64,000 bases of DNA from a virus (IMGVR_UViG_3300025608_000011:1-64000), one strand, 5' to 3'. Numbered from the stretch's first letter, positions 9,599 to 19,007 are shown. The notes: generated by a model from the letters alone, not told the origin. Program-made: numbers and translations.

Positions 9599-10771
9599 TT
9601 AGCTGAACGATACGTTACCGTTAGTAATAGCAACATTTGCTAGGTAATCAGCAGCGTTACCTAAAGATGACGCTGTATTTGATAGTTCTACATAACCATA
9701 ACGTGTCATGAACGAAACTGTTGGTTCGAACGTAGTTGGGTTTAGAACCACACCACTTGACATTAATGGAATGTATGGGCAGTAGAATGCTGCCGCGTCT
9801 GATTCTGAAGTACCTTTGTAACCAACAAGTACGTTAGTAGAATCAGCTGCATATGTATCAACATATACTTTCATTGCGTTGTTTAGTGTACCAACAAACT
9901 TAGTGTTAGTTGGAGCTTCGAAAGCACCTTCAGTTGTTCTTGCGAACGCTGAAGTAGTTGCTGACTGAAGGATAGTTAACGCTAATGGTGATACAACAGC
10001 GAAGTTACCAGCACCGCGACGTGTACGTTGAGCGATGATGTTAGCTGCACGGTTGATCTGAACAGCTAGAGCAGCGTGTTCGTCACCAACGAAAGTAGCT
10101 GTACCACTTACAGCCGCTTGGTTGTAAGTTTCAACTGCGTTACCAGCTAGGCTACGTAGTGAGTGTAGTACTTCCTGGTCAATTTCAGCAGTAATTTCTT
10201 GTGCTAGTGCAGCCATGATTTCAGCTTCAACATCGATGCCGTGCATTGACTGTGCGTCTTGCGCAGCTTCAAAAGTCCACTGTGCGCTTAACTTACGAGT
10301 CTTAGCTTCGACTGTTTGCTTTAAGATCTGGATGCTTAGTCTGTTACCAGCAGCACCTTCTAATGTAGCTGTAGAAGCAGCTTTACCTGCATCTGATCCA
10401 GCTTCGTCACCTGAATATCCAAGTGCAATCTTGAATGGTGATAATGCTTCCTCACCTGCTGTAGCGTCATCAGCAGTATCGCTGTAACGTACACGTAGTG
10501 TGTGAATTTGTCCTACAGGACCAGTCATTGGTTGTACGCCAACTAATTCGTTAGCAATTACTGTAGGCATAACACGTCTGATTACAGGAAGGATTACGCG
10601 GTTTAATGTTGCAACGTTACCAGCAGAAGTAGCACCTGCAGTTGCACTTTCTGACAAATACTTACGTGTATTCTCAAGTGTCGCAGCCATAACAGACTTC
10701 TTTGTGCCTTGTAGGCCTTCTAGAAGTGCGCTTTTCGTTTCCTGCCAGCGACTTTCTAATAGTTCTGACAT
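9599..10771 (-). CDS. gp23: Major capsid protein (T4 gp23-like)
   Basis: LVGVQPMTGPVGQIHTLR, EAKTRKLSAQWTFEAAQDAQSMHGIDVEAE, AFYCPYIPL and FMTRYG are gp23 hallmarks. Strongly biased codon usage. Confidence 0.95.
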   Translation of the reverse strand: MSELLESRWQETKSALLEGLQGTKKSVMAATLENTRKYLSESATAGATSAGNVATLNRVILPVIRRVMPTVIANELVGVQPMTGPVGQIHTLRVRYSDTADDATAGEEALSPFKIALGYSGDEAGSDAGKAASTATLEGAAGNRLSIQILKQTVEAKTRKLSAQWTFEAAQDAQSMHGIDVEAEIMAALAQEITAEIDQEVLHSLRSLAGNAVETYNQAAVSGTATFVGDEHAALAVQINRAANIIAQRTRRGAGNFAVVSPLALTILQSATTSAFARTTEGAFEAPTNTKFVGTLNNAMKVYVDTYAADSTNVLVGYKGTSESDAAAFYCPYIPLMSSGVVLNPTTFEPTVSFMTRYGYVELSNTASSLGNAADYLANVAITNGNVSFS

Positions 10772-10781
10772 TTTATTCTCC

Positions 10782-11870
10782 TTAATTAAGTCCAGCTAGT
10801 CGACGGATGCTGATTACATTCTCGTCAACTGTGTCAGTTGTTTTTGTTTCTCTATTGCCTGTTACTTCTTTGCCTTCTGTTAATTGTGCCTTCTGCTTTG
10901 CTGGAGTTTTACCATCAATTACTGCTGGTAGATACTTGTCAAACGCTGTTTTTAATTTAGGCGTTTGGACTGATTCCAGTAAATCTGTCATAATTTCACG
11001 CTGATGCTTGCTTAATGGAGCAAGTAACTCGTGCATTGTGTCTTTTCTTTGAGCATTTTCTGCAAGTTTCTTAAGCTCAGCTTCTTTGCTTTCAACAAGA
11101 GCTTGTTTTTCTTGTTCAGCTGCTTTTGCTTCAGCTAACTGCTTGTCTTTAAGTTCTACTACTTTTAATAGTTTAGCAGTTTCACTCTTTTCATTTAACA
11201 AACTGTTAGTATATTCACCTGCGAATGCTTCAAAAACTCTACGTCCAAAATCATTTTGGCGGGCAGTTTCGATATCTTCTTTAAGTTGTCCAATTTCTCT
11301 ATTGAGTTGCTTGTCAACTGTTTCAGATACAAGAGCTGCACTTTGCTTAACAAAACTCTTTTTAATTTCGTTAAACTGTGATTTTGCTTCTCTAACTAAA
11401 CGTACCTTTGTTTCAGCTAGATCTTTCTTATCTTCGTAGAACTCTGCAATTTCTTTAGCTAGTGCTTCTACCACAAATTCCTCTAGGTTAGCAAACTTAG
11501 TAGCCATTGCCTTTTGGTCTTCATGTAATTCGCCAACTTCTTTGCCTAATTGATTCAAGACAAATGTTTTAAGTAGGTCAGCATTTTCACGCATTGCAAC
11601 AGCATATTTTGCTTTTGCTTCTGCTAATTGATTACGGTCTTCAGCAAATTCTTCAATTTCACTTTGTAGCTTTTCGCTCACTAGTGAATCAAGAGCTTCA
11701 ACCATAGTCTGCTTGTCATGCTCATACTTTTTAGCAAATTCTTCACGAAGTTCAGCAGTTACCGCTTGACGATTTTCTTTAATCTTAGCGTCCCATGCTT
11801 CTTCGATACTCGCACGAACTTCTTCAGAAACAACATCGTTCTCAAAAAGTGTTTTCAGTGCATCCAACAT
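10782..11870 (-). CDS. gp22: Prohead core scaffolding protein (gp22-like)
   Basis: Coiled-coil E/K-rich protein between protease and capsid genes, with a GRRVFEAF motif. Confidence 0.8.
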   Translation of the reverse strand: MLDALKTLFENDVVSEEVRASIEEAWDAKIKENRQAVTAELREEFAKKYEHDKQTMVEALDSLVSEKLQSEIEEFAEDRNQLAEAKAKYAVAMRENADLLKTFVLNQLGKEVGELHEDQKAMATKFANLEEFVVEALAKEIAEFYEDKKDLAETKVRLVREAKSQFNEIKKSFVKQSAALVSETVDKQLNREIGQLKEDIETARQNDFGRRVFEAFAGEYTNSLLNEKSETAKLLKVVELKDKQLAEAKAAEQEKQALVESKEAELKKLAENAQRKDTMHELLAPLSKHQREIMTDLLESVQTPKLKTAFDKYLPAVIDGKTPAKQKAQLTEGKEVTGNRETKTTDTVDENVISIRRLAGLN

Positions 11871-11883
11871 ATTATTCTCCTCG

Positions 11884-12501
11884 TTATTGGAGTTTGTTGA
11901 TTATATTAATCAACGATTGTTCTAAGTATTTTTGTGCCTTTGGATCTTCTTTAGTTGCCTGTGCTAGTTCATAAGCCTTCATTCCACCTCTCGCATTCAT
12001 GAGATGCTCATAAATTGGAGTTGGATATGCACCCGGAGCAGATGGCTGTGCCACTACATCCACGGTAATAATTTCGAATCCGGAAACGTCGCCGTCTCCG
12101 TTAACCTCACCAGATCCCCTAGATGAAACACCTAATTTAACTCCGGATTGTACCATTGTTTGCACTAGTTGTCCCATAGGGGTTGGTAAGATCTTTAACT
12201 TGCCATAGCCATTTGGGCCATCCATCCACATTTCTGTGATCATATGACTTACTCTGTCTAGGTTAATATTAAGGCCTTCTGGATGATCTACTTCGCCGAG
12301 AACACTGTAACCTCCGCTAATTTGATCGTTGAGAGTTTTGACAGCCCTGCCAATTTCGTCTACAGGATACACTCGTTGATTAGCGTTGCGAATGCCACCT
12401 TGAATGACAATACCTTTCATATAAAGGTCTTTGCCTTCGTTTTGTGACTCAACCACAATACCTGCCTGGTCGAATGTCAAATGCTCTCGTAAAAAGTTCA
12501 T
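11884..12501 (-). CDS. gp21: Prohead core protease (gp21-like)
   Basis: NANQRVYP, GEVDHP, GVSSRGSG and DVVAQPSAPGAY motifs. Confidence 0.93.
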   Translation of the reverse strand: MNFLREHLTFDQAGIVVESQNEGKDLYMKGIVIQGGIRNANQRVYPVDEIGRAVKTLNDQISGGYSVLGEVDHPEGLNINLDRVSHMITEMWMDGPNGYGKLKILPTPMGQLVQTMVQSGVKLGVSSRGSGEVNGDGDVSGFEIITVDVVAQPSAPGAYPTPIYEHLMNARGGMKAYELAQATKEDPKAQKYLEQSLINIINKLQ

Positions 12502-12516
12502 CCTTGGTCCTTTTTA

Positions 12517-13467
12517 TTAGCTGCCAATAGTAGACTTAGCGTTTGCGCCGTTGTCACCACCGCTTTGCTTTTTCTCAGCGCCATGTCCTTTAGTGCTACT
12601 CATTTTCGTAGCTTTGTTTCCGCCTGGCTTGTTAGTTTGCTTACTAGCCTCTGGATGTTCTTTAGGATTAATGTCACCAAGACCTGCGTGATCACCTGCT
12701 TCATTATCTTTACCTTGGTTTAGATTAGATGCTGTGCCACCCATATCATTTTTGCCAGCTACTGGTGATTTTGCATTTGCACCATTGTCGCCGCCAATAT
12801 TCTCACCGAAGCCGCCTTTTACCATTGTTGCATATTCGCGCATCATTTCAGCAGCTGACTTTTGTACTGATTCGTCAACTTCCTCTTCTGAAGCTTCTTC
12901 AACTTCTTCGTCGCTTGCTTCTTCGACTTCTTCGTCGTCTGATTCAAAAGCAAATGACTCTTCTTCAGGCTCTTCTTCGCCTTCTTCGTCTTCTTCGTCT
13001 TCGCCTTTGCCTTGTTCAGCTTCTAATTCTGCAAACGCTTGCTGTAAAGCGTTAAGTGCGTCTTCTAGGTCGTCCATAGCGTCGTCGCCTTCGCCTTCTT
13101 CTTCGTCACCCATTGGACCTAGGTCCATGTCGTCTGCGTCTCCGCCCATGTCGCCCATTGGGTCCATGTCGTCATCAGCTTCAACTTCAAATTCTTCTAG
13201 ATCAAAGCCTTCGTCAACTTCTTCGTCTGATGATTCATCAACTTCTTCGTCAGTAGCTTCATCTACTTCTTCGTCTGATGATTCTTCAACTTCTTCGTCA
13301 GTTGCTTCTTCAACTTCTTCATCTTCTTCGATATCACTTTCTAGCATAGTAGCATAGATTTCGCGTGATTTTTCTACCACGATTTCGTGGAATAGTTCTT
13401 CTGCTGCTGCTTTGTCTTCGTTGACAAGTAGCTCAAGCATTTCTTCAAACTTGTTACGATCAGTCAT
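12517..13467 (-). CDS. Highly acidic prohead core-like protein with tandem EEV(D/E)E(A/S)(T/S)D repeats
   Basis: Position between portal and protease (gp67/gp68 slot). Extreme D/E content. RBS AGGAG and late promoter at 13520-13525. Confidence 0.7.
   Translation of the reverse strand: MTDRNKFEEMLELLVNEDKAAAEELFHEIVVEKSREIYATMLESDIEEDEEVEEATDEEVEESSDEEVDEATDEEVDESSDEEVDEGFDLEEFEVEADDDMDPMGDMGGDADDMDLGPMGDEEEGEGDDAMDDLEDALNALQQAFAELEAEQGKGEDEEDEEGEEEPEEESFAFESDDEEVEEASDEEVEEASEEEVDESVQKSAAEMMREYATMVKGGFGENIGGDNGANAKSPVAGKNDMGGTASNLNQGKDNEAGDHAGLGDINPKEHPEASKQTNKPGGNKATKMSSTKGHGAEKKQSGGDNGANAKSTIGS
13210..13325 (-). repeat. Imperfect ~24-bp coding tandem repeats
   Basis: Repeated (a/t)acttcttcgtc units encode EEVEEATD/EEVDESSD. 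A second block lies near 12870-12945. Confidence 0.7.
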
Positions 13468-13519
13468 AATATTCTCCTGTATAATATAAAATTTTTACCT
13501 ATGGTAAGGCTGTCATTAC

Positions 13520-13525
13520 TATTTA
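13520..13525 (-). promoter_or_regulatory. Late promoter (TTAAATA) for head operon
   Basis: TAAATA core upstream of the core/protease/scaffold/capsid genes. Confidence 0.55.
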
Positions 13526-13554
13526 ACATTTATACAGAAATGTACGTAGATATA

Positions 13555-13576
13555 GGCTCATTTTGAGCCATTTTTT
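13555..13576. terminator. Hairpin, possible terminator
   Basis: GGCTCA-TTT-TGAGCC with a T run on the plus strand only, so orientation is ambiguous. Confidence 0.3.
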
Positions 13577-13583
13577 GTAGGAA

Positions 13584-14339
13584 CTAGGATCTTGCAGGGT
13601 TTAGCCCGAATTTTTCCATGAAATCGTCAATTTTCATGTGTGTAAGATTGCCTAGTTTTGTTAATGGTTCAGGTATAAAACATTCTTTGTTTGTTACTCG
13701 TATATATCTCTTTTGTGGATTTTTTTGTATTACAATACCAGTTTGACGTAACCAATTTCCGTAATAAGTTGCTTTATCTGTAGATTTTTTATAATTGTTT
13801 GTGTTAGCAAATATATTGTTTACTTTATCGTCTATTCCTTTGTAATCAAATCCTAGTATATAAATTTCTTCTTTTTCATGACTACTTGCTAGATGTAATG
13901 CAGTTGGTCCTGAACTCCATCCTAGACTAGGCTCAAAAAAGTTTAATCTTTTAAACTTTGTATATGCTTTGTTAAAATTTGTATAAACATGATTTTGTTG
14001 TTGATAGCCGGTTTTAGCAATTTCTAAAACCATTTTAGTATCAACAGCAACTAGATAATGCGGACGATGTGTTCTATATACAGCATTACACGCATAAACT
14101 GTTCCTAATTTTAACAAATCATTTATTTCTACAGGTGCTCTACTTGTTCCGTTTCCTAGTACAAATCCAATAGGACTTTCAAAATTGTCTAATGGTTTAA
14201 TAATACGGTTTGGAGTAGACTGCGGAGGAGTTACTAATTCAGTAACTTCTACAAGTTTTTGTTGTTTGTCTTTTCGACGCTGTTCCATTAGACGAGCAGC
14301 TTCTTCTTTTGAATAGAGACTTTTATCTATTTTGGGCAT
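13584..14339 (-). CDS. Hypothetical protein, MAF/DUF115 or sialyltransferase-like Rossmann fold
   Basis: FVLGNGTSR, VYACNAVYR, YLVAVD, SSGPTAL and IYILGFD motif series. Confidence 0.55.
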   Translation of the reverse strand: MPKIDKSLYSKEEAARLMEQRRKDKQQKLVEVTELVTPPQSTPNRIIKPLDNFESPIGFVLGNGTSRAPVEINDLLKLGTVYACNAVYRTHRPHYLVAVDTKMVLEIAKTGYQQQNHVYTNFNKAYTKFKRLNFFEPSLGWSSGPTALHLASSHEKEEIYILGFDYKGIDDKVNNIFANTNNYKKSTDKATYYGNWLRQTGIVIQKNPQKRYIRVTNKECFIPEPLTKLGNLTHMKIDDFMEKFGLNPARS

Positions 14340-14341
14340 GT

Positions 14342-14584
14342 TTACACTGTTTCAGCGTTTGCGGCAATTCCGTACATTTGCTTGATAAAAGAAAGATCCT
14401 TTGCTTTCATTTCTTTGTGTGCTTCAGCAGCTTTACGAGCTTTGTTTATTTGTCTAAGAGTAAGACGTGTTTTTCTTTTATCAGATTTATCAAGCACAGA
14501 ACTATCTGAAGAAGGATCGTAAAACTTATCTTCCTCAGTTTCTAGAGTAGTTTGGTCAATGTAAAAGAATTCTCTTAAAATCAT
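14342..14584 (-). CDS. Small late protein (80 aa), head module
   Basis: MILREFF start, RKTRLTLRQINKARK motif. ATAAATA 5 nt upstream of the ATG. Confidence 0.65.
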   Translation of the reverse strand: MILREFFYIDQTTLETEEDKFYDPSSDSSVLDKSDKRKTRLTLRQINKARKAAEAHKEMKAKDLSFIKQMYGIAANAETV

Positions 14585-14592
14585 AATAGTAT

Positions 14593-16326
14593 TTATTCCG
14601 TAGGAGGTGCTGTTGGTGCTACTTCTGCATCAGTTGCCGATGTTGGTCCTTCGCCTTCGCCGCCTGACATAGTATCTGCATCAGGAACTACTTCTTCTGC
14701 TCCGCCTATATCTGCATCAATTCCTGCGCCACTAATACCAGCAGAGCGCATTTCTCCACTTATGTCAGCATCTGGCGGAACTAAATTTTCATCGTTTTCT
14801 TCACGCCATAGACGTTCGTTTTCTGCAAGTTCTTCTTCTGATAATCCTAAGAAACGCTTCATAGCAAAGCGATTAGAAATAAATGGAATACTCGCCATTG
14901 TTTGGAATGTAGGAATTCTAGCATTATCAATTTCACTTTGTCTATATGCAGCAAAGTTCTGTGGTGGCTGGAAAGCTAGATCAAACATTGACGTATCAAT
15001 GTTTACACCTTTTTCTAGTAGATAACGCTTAAACTCTTGATTAAATTCTTCTACTAAAAGAGTTTGAAGACGTTCACAATAAGTGTTAAACCGTAGTTCT
15101 TGAATATATGCTGTACCTACTCTGCCGTCGTTGTACTGAGCTGCTGAATCATCAGCTCCTGTAGGGAGATAACTGGAAGGTATTCGTAAACCGCGTACGA
15201 GCTTATTAGTAAAATATCTAAGATCATCAATCTCTCCTAGGTTAGTGCCGCCTGGTAGTGTTTCTACTTTAGAACCACGCCCTTCAGCTGTTTGTGGGAA
15301 GAAGTAATCTTCATTGATTGACAGGGGATTATACGAACTGTCTACAACATTCTGGCCTCCCCCTGTTGCCGATGGGATTCGTCTTTGATGAATTTCCGTT
15401 TTAACACGCTCCACAAACTGCATAGCAAGGTGTGAAGGCATGTTACCCACATCAATGTAGAATACTCTTCTTTCTGGAGCTCTTTGGACACGATAGATAA
15501 TGATCGCATCTTCAAGCAATTCTTTTTGTTTGAATACTTTAAATACTGTTTCTAATAATGAATTACCGAACGGGAAGTTGTTATCTAATCCTTCTGACAG
15601 ACTTAGATGTACCATATGCTTTGCATCTACTGCTATTTCGTTTTCTTCTCTTTGGAAACGACTACCCTGTGTGCTGTGTTGTTGTCCGCCGGTCATTCCG
15701 CGAACGCCACCTGTTAAATATCCGTCGCCGCCACCTGTAACATTACCATTTGTTTGATATGGTGTTGTAGCAACCATATCTCTAAAATTCATATTAAAGT
15801 TTTTAATAATATACTGCTCAGGTTCTTTGCCTTCGCTTTCATTTACAATAATACTAGTTACATTTGCAGGATCTACGTGATACCATTTTTTATTTTCAGG
15901 ATCACGAATAAAGAATCCGTCACCGTACTTGAAAATATTACGGAATATACGAAACATTCTAGTTTCAAACTTTTGTATTTTACACCATTGCTGTAGATAT
16001 TGCTGGATAATAGTTACTTCAGAATTAGTTGCTTCTTTTTTAAAGTCTATGATAAAGTTTGTTTTATTTCTTTTGTTTTGTTGTGTGCAGAATTCAGCAA
16101 GAATATCAAGAGCAGCATTTACTTCTGAATCTAAATCCATTGTATTGTATTGTCCGTAACGCTCAACACGATTAGGTGAGCCTACGTAAACATCTGGAAG
16201 ATATGATGAATAATTCGTTTGTGCAGGTCCTGGCTGAACGCCTGAAGCTCTACCGCCCATTGGACTGTACGATCCTGATGTATTATTTCCTGTTGGTACA
16301 GGTGTAAAGTATTTTTTCCAGCTCAT
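14593..16326 (-). CDS. gp20: Portal vertex protein (gp20-like)
   Basis: LLEDAIIIYRVQRAPERRVFYIDVGNMP, EDYFFP, GRGSKVETLPGGTNLGEIDDLRYF and LRIPSSYL. Confidence 0.95.
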   Translation of the reverse strand: MSWKKYFTPVPTGNNTSGSYSPMGGRASGVQPGPAQTNYSSYLPDVYVGSPNRVERYGQYNTMDLDSEVNAALDILAEFCTQQNKRNKTNFIIDFKKEATNSEVTIIQQYLQQWCKIQKFETRMFRIFRNIFKYGDGFFIRDPENKKWYHVDPANVTSIIVNESEGKEPEQYIIKNFNMNFRDMVATTPYQTNGNVTGGGDGYLTGGVRGMTGGQQHSTQGSRFQREENEIAVDAKHMVHLSLSEGLDNNFPFGNSLLETVFKVFKQKELLEDAIIIYRVQRAPERRVFYIDVGNMPSHLAMQFVERVKTEIHQRRIPSATGGGQNVVDSSYNPLSINEDYFFPQTAEGRGSKVETLPGGTNLGEIDDLRYFTNKLVRGLRIPSSYLPTGADDSAAQYNDGRVGTAYIQELRFNTYCERLQTLLVEEFNQEFKRYLLEKGVNIDTSMFDLAFQPPQNFAAYRQSEIDNARIPTFQTMASIPFISNRFAMKRFLGLSEEELAENERLWREENDENLVPPDADISGEMRSAGISGAGIDADIGGAEEVVPDADTMSGGEGEGPTSATDAEVAPTAPPTE

Positions 16327-16330
16327 TATT

Positions 16331-18928
16331 TTATTGGACTGTGTTGCCCATTCCTTCTGTTGCTCTTAGTTGTCTGCGTCCAGTGTTATTCATTTGTTGC
16401 AAGGTTTGTAGAACCATCATCATAGTGTTATTTAACTCATCTAGCTTGTCTGAACGTCCACCTCCGGTTACATTTTGCAGTAAATCTGCAGCTGCAACGC
16501 CGGTACCACCTCCAAGTATACCTTCATTGTCTTCAGCTAATTCGTCATTTAATTTATTCAACGCTTCAACTAGTTCTTCTATAGCTTCAGTATAACTTAT
16601 AATTGGCGTTGTGTCAAGATCATTTGTTACTCCTGACAAGGCTTCTAATCCTGTGCCTACATCTCTAATGTTGCTAACTGCTTGCATATTAGCAGATTCA
16701 AATTTATTAACACCTTCAATTAAACTGTCAAATGGAGAACCTGATCCAAAGAATTTTGCTATTTTATCAAATACATTGTTACCAATTAAGAATAAAAGTG
16801 CAGGACCTAAATCGCCTAGTGCATCTGTAATAGTCTTAATATTATCAGCACCTTGTATTTTAGACATTTGCTCCATAGCATCTGCTACTTTAAGCAAGCC
16901 GTCTCCTACACTATCTACACCGTCTCCTACTAGTTTAACTGCTGCACCTGATGCTAGCACTAATCCGCCAACAACTGCTGCTCCAGCCATAACCTGCGGA
17001 GCACCAAACCCTGCAAGAACTGTTGCAAATGCTTTAAATGCCACATAAACTGCACCACCTGTGCCTAATATACCTGCAATAGTTAACCCAGCAGTTTCTA
17101 ATAGTGTCAAGTCTCCAAAAATTGCACCTACTAATCCTTCGTCTTTTTGACCTTGTTCTTTAGCAAGTTCTGTTTTTTTAGCGTTCAAATGATCAATTTG
17201 TTTTGTTAATTGTTGTATTTTTCCAGCCGCTTTTTCTGCTTCTTCTCCTGACAAGTTGCCTGCAATAATATTTTCTTGTAGAGATAATCGTTCTGTTTCT
17301 AACTTTGATACTGTAGTTTCTGTTTCTTTGATTTTTTGTGTGTTGTCTAAAGGTTTGTCAGAGCCAAAGATAAACTGTTTTATCATATCACCGAGACCAC
17401 TAAATGCATCTGAAACATACATTTTAATTGTTTCAACTAAACCCAAGGCTTTAACATCTGCAACAAATCCGCTGATAAAATCTCCTACTACGCCTACTGC
17501 TTCTCGAACAGTGTCAATACCGTCTGGACCTGTAAAGAAATCAACAATGTCATTCAGCATGTATTCTAGACTTTGGAATATACCGCTTTCGATTAATGTA
17601 CCTAAAATTACATTACGGGCTTGTGTTATTCTTCTTTCGAAGTCTAGCAAGCCTTGATTACCTCTTGTAGCTGCATCTAGTTGCTGTTGTTGAGCTGTAG
17701 TAAGATCTTTACCTACATTGTCTAACCCAATTAACATTGCCTCTACTTCAGCTATAGGAACACCTAGTGCAATTAATTGTGATCTAAATCTAGCCTGCTC
17801 AATTGAACTTGCTCCTATACGTCTTGCTGTCTTTCTAACTTCTTCGGCATACTGCTCTTGTGTAACCGTTCCGTCCGACAGACCTTTTGCCATGCTTCTA
17901 AGACTTGGATTAATAACAGCTAACGCCTTTGCTTGATCTGAAATAGGTACACCTGATGTTCCAATAAGTTCTGTAACAATGTTTTGCAAGTCTGGACTTG
18001 CGCCTTTTAACAAAGACAATGTTCCGTCAATCTGTGCTTTTACTGCGGGATCTAATGCTGATAACAGAGCTTTAAGTCTTCTATCGTCTGCAAATTCTTT
18101 AAGTTCTGCGGCAACTTGTTCTCTACGTTTACCAGTTACTTTTGCTAGTCTATCTAGTTGTTCGATAAACACAGCAGTTCCTTGAGTAAGCTGAAAATTA
18201 TCCATGCGTTGCGATCTGCCTAGGCGTGTTTGAAGTTCTAAATAATCTGCTGTAAATTGCGCAGTTTCTTCCATGGTCATGCCGAGTGCGCTAAATCTAG
18301 GTCCAAACTCTCTTTGCAAATTGCCACTTATTTCTGTAAATGCTCTGGCGGCACTGGTTGATCCTCCAGTCATAAGTGCGAGAGCATCTGCATTGTTTGT
18401 TAAAACATTAGTAAATGTATCTAATGACAGTCCTGCTTTTGTTGCTTGTAATTGTGCATTAAACAAACTTCCGCCGAAGTCTGTACCTACATTTGTTAGT
18501 TCTCGGAAGTTATCAATGTTGCTGTCAATTGTAGAAACTAATAGTTGTATACTTCCGCCTAGCAGTCCACCGATATAAGGTATTTCTTGAATAAGACCTG
18601 TGATGTGACTAGTAAAATCACTGATACGCATACCACCTACAAGAACTTCTTCAGTAAATCCTCCTATAGCATTGCCTATTTTTTCCCAGCCACTTATTTT
18701 TTCACTAGCATTATCTGCAGAATCTGCAAGATTGTCTAGACTGTCGCCTGCTTTATTAGATTTGTTTCCTAGATCTTTAAGTGCTTCCCTAGCTTGGCTA
18801 GCATCGCCAGAAGAAATCTTTGCAAGAGCTTCGACAGCTTTAACGAGTTCGAGCATTGTGGTTTCGGTGGCAGCATCGTTGAGTACTACTTCGTCATTTC
18901 CGATTGTGCCTTTTACTGGACCAGCCAT
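16331..18928 (-). CDS. Tail tape measure protein (putative, ~865 aa)
   Basis: Long helical A/L/G-rich protein with hydrophobic Gly/Ala segments, next to the frameshifted chaperone-like pair. Start placed at ATG 18928 (MAGPV). Confidence 0.7.
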   Translation of the reverse strand: MAGPVKGTIGNDEVVLNDAATETTMLELVKAVEALAKISSGDASQAREALKDLGNKSNKAGDSLDNLADSADNASEKISGWEKIGNAIGGFTEEVLVGGMRISDFTSHITGLIQEIPYIGGLLGGSIQLLVSTIDSNIDNFRELTNVGTDFGGSLFNAQLQATKAGLSLDTFTNVLTNNADALALMTGGSTSAARAFTEISGNLQREFGPRFSALGMTMEETAQFTADYLELQTRLGRSQRMDNFQLTQGTAVFIEQLDRLAKVTGKRREQVAAELKEFADDRRLKALLSALDPAVKAQIDGTLSLLKGASPDLQNIVTELIGTSGVPISDQAKALAVINPSLRSMAKGLSDGTVTQEQYAEEVRKTARRIGASSIEQARFRSQLIALGVPIAEVEAMLIGLDNVGKDLTTAQQQQLDAATRGNQGLLDFERRITQARNVILGTLIESGIFQSLEYMLNDIVDFFTGPDGIDTVREAVGVVGDFISGFVADVKALGLVETIKMYVSDAFSGLGDMIKQFIFGSDKPLDNTQKIKETETTVSKLETERLSLQENIIAGNLSGEEAEKAAGKIQQLTKQIDHLNAKKTELAKEQGQKDEGLVGAIFGDLTLLETAGLTIAGILGTGGAVYVAFKAFATVLAGFGAPQVMAGAAVVGGLVLASGAAVKLVGDGVDSVGDGLLKVADAMEQMSKIQGADNIKTITDALGDLGPALLFLIGNNVFDKIAKFFGSGSPFDSLIEGVNKFESANMQAVSNIRDVGTGLEALSGVTNDLDTTPIISYTEAIEELVEALNKLNDELAEDNEGILGGGTGVAAADLLQNVTGGGRSDKLDELNNTMMMVLQTLQQMNNTGRRQLRATEGMGNTVQ

Positions 18929-18954
18929 ATTATACAAATCCCATTAAGTGCGCA

Positions 18955-18962
18955 TATAAATA
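18955..18962 (+). promoter_or_regulatory. Late promoter TATAAATA (gp26-like gene)
   Basis: Exact T4 late consensus. Confidence 0.75.
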
Positions 18963-18986
18963 TATTAGATACATACGATTGTAATG

Positions 18987-18994
18987 TATTTATA
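18987..18994 (-). promoter_or_regulatory. Late promoter TATAAATA (tape measure/portal operon)
   Basis: Exact T4 late consensus on the minus strand. Confidence 0.75.
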
Positions 18995-19007
18995 CGGAGT
19001 TAAATCA

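Noticed and set aside
12860-13325. Short direct repeats as a CRISPR array
   Set aside because: The repeats are degenerate, in frame and lack unique spacers. They encode the acidic peptide repeats, and no cas genes are present.
117-18947. Many plus-strand ORFs of 60-207 aa antisense to the structural genes (e.g. 12734..13357), and minus-strand ones within the baseplate genes
   Set aside because: They are shadow frames of strongly biased coding sequence, with no RBS, low-complexity translations and full overlap with well-supported genes.
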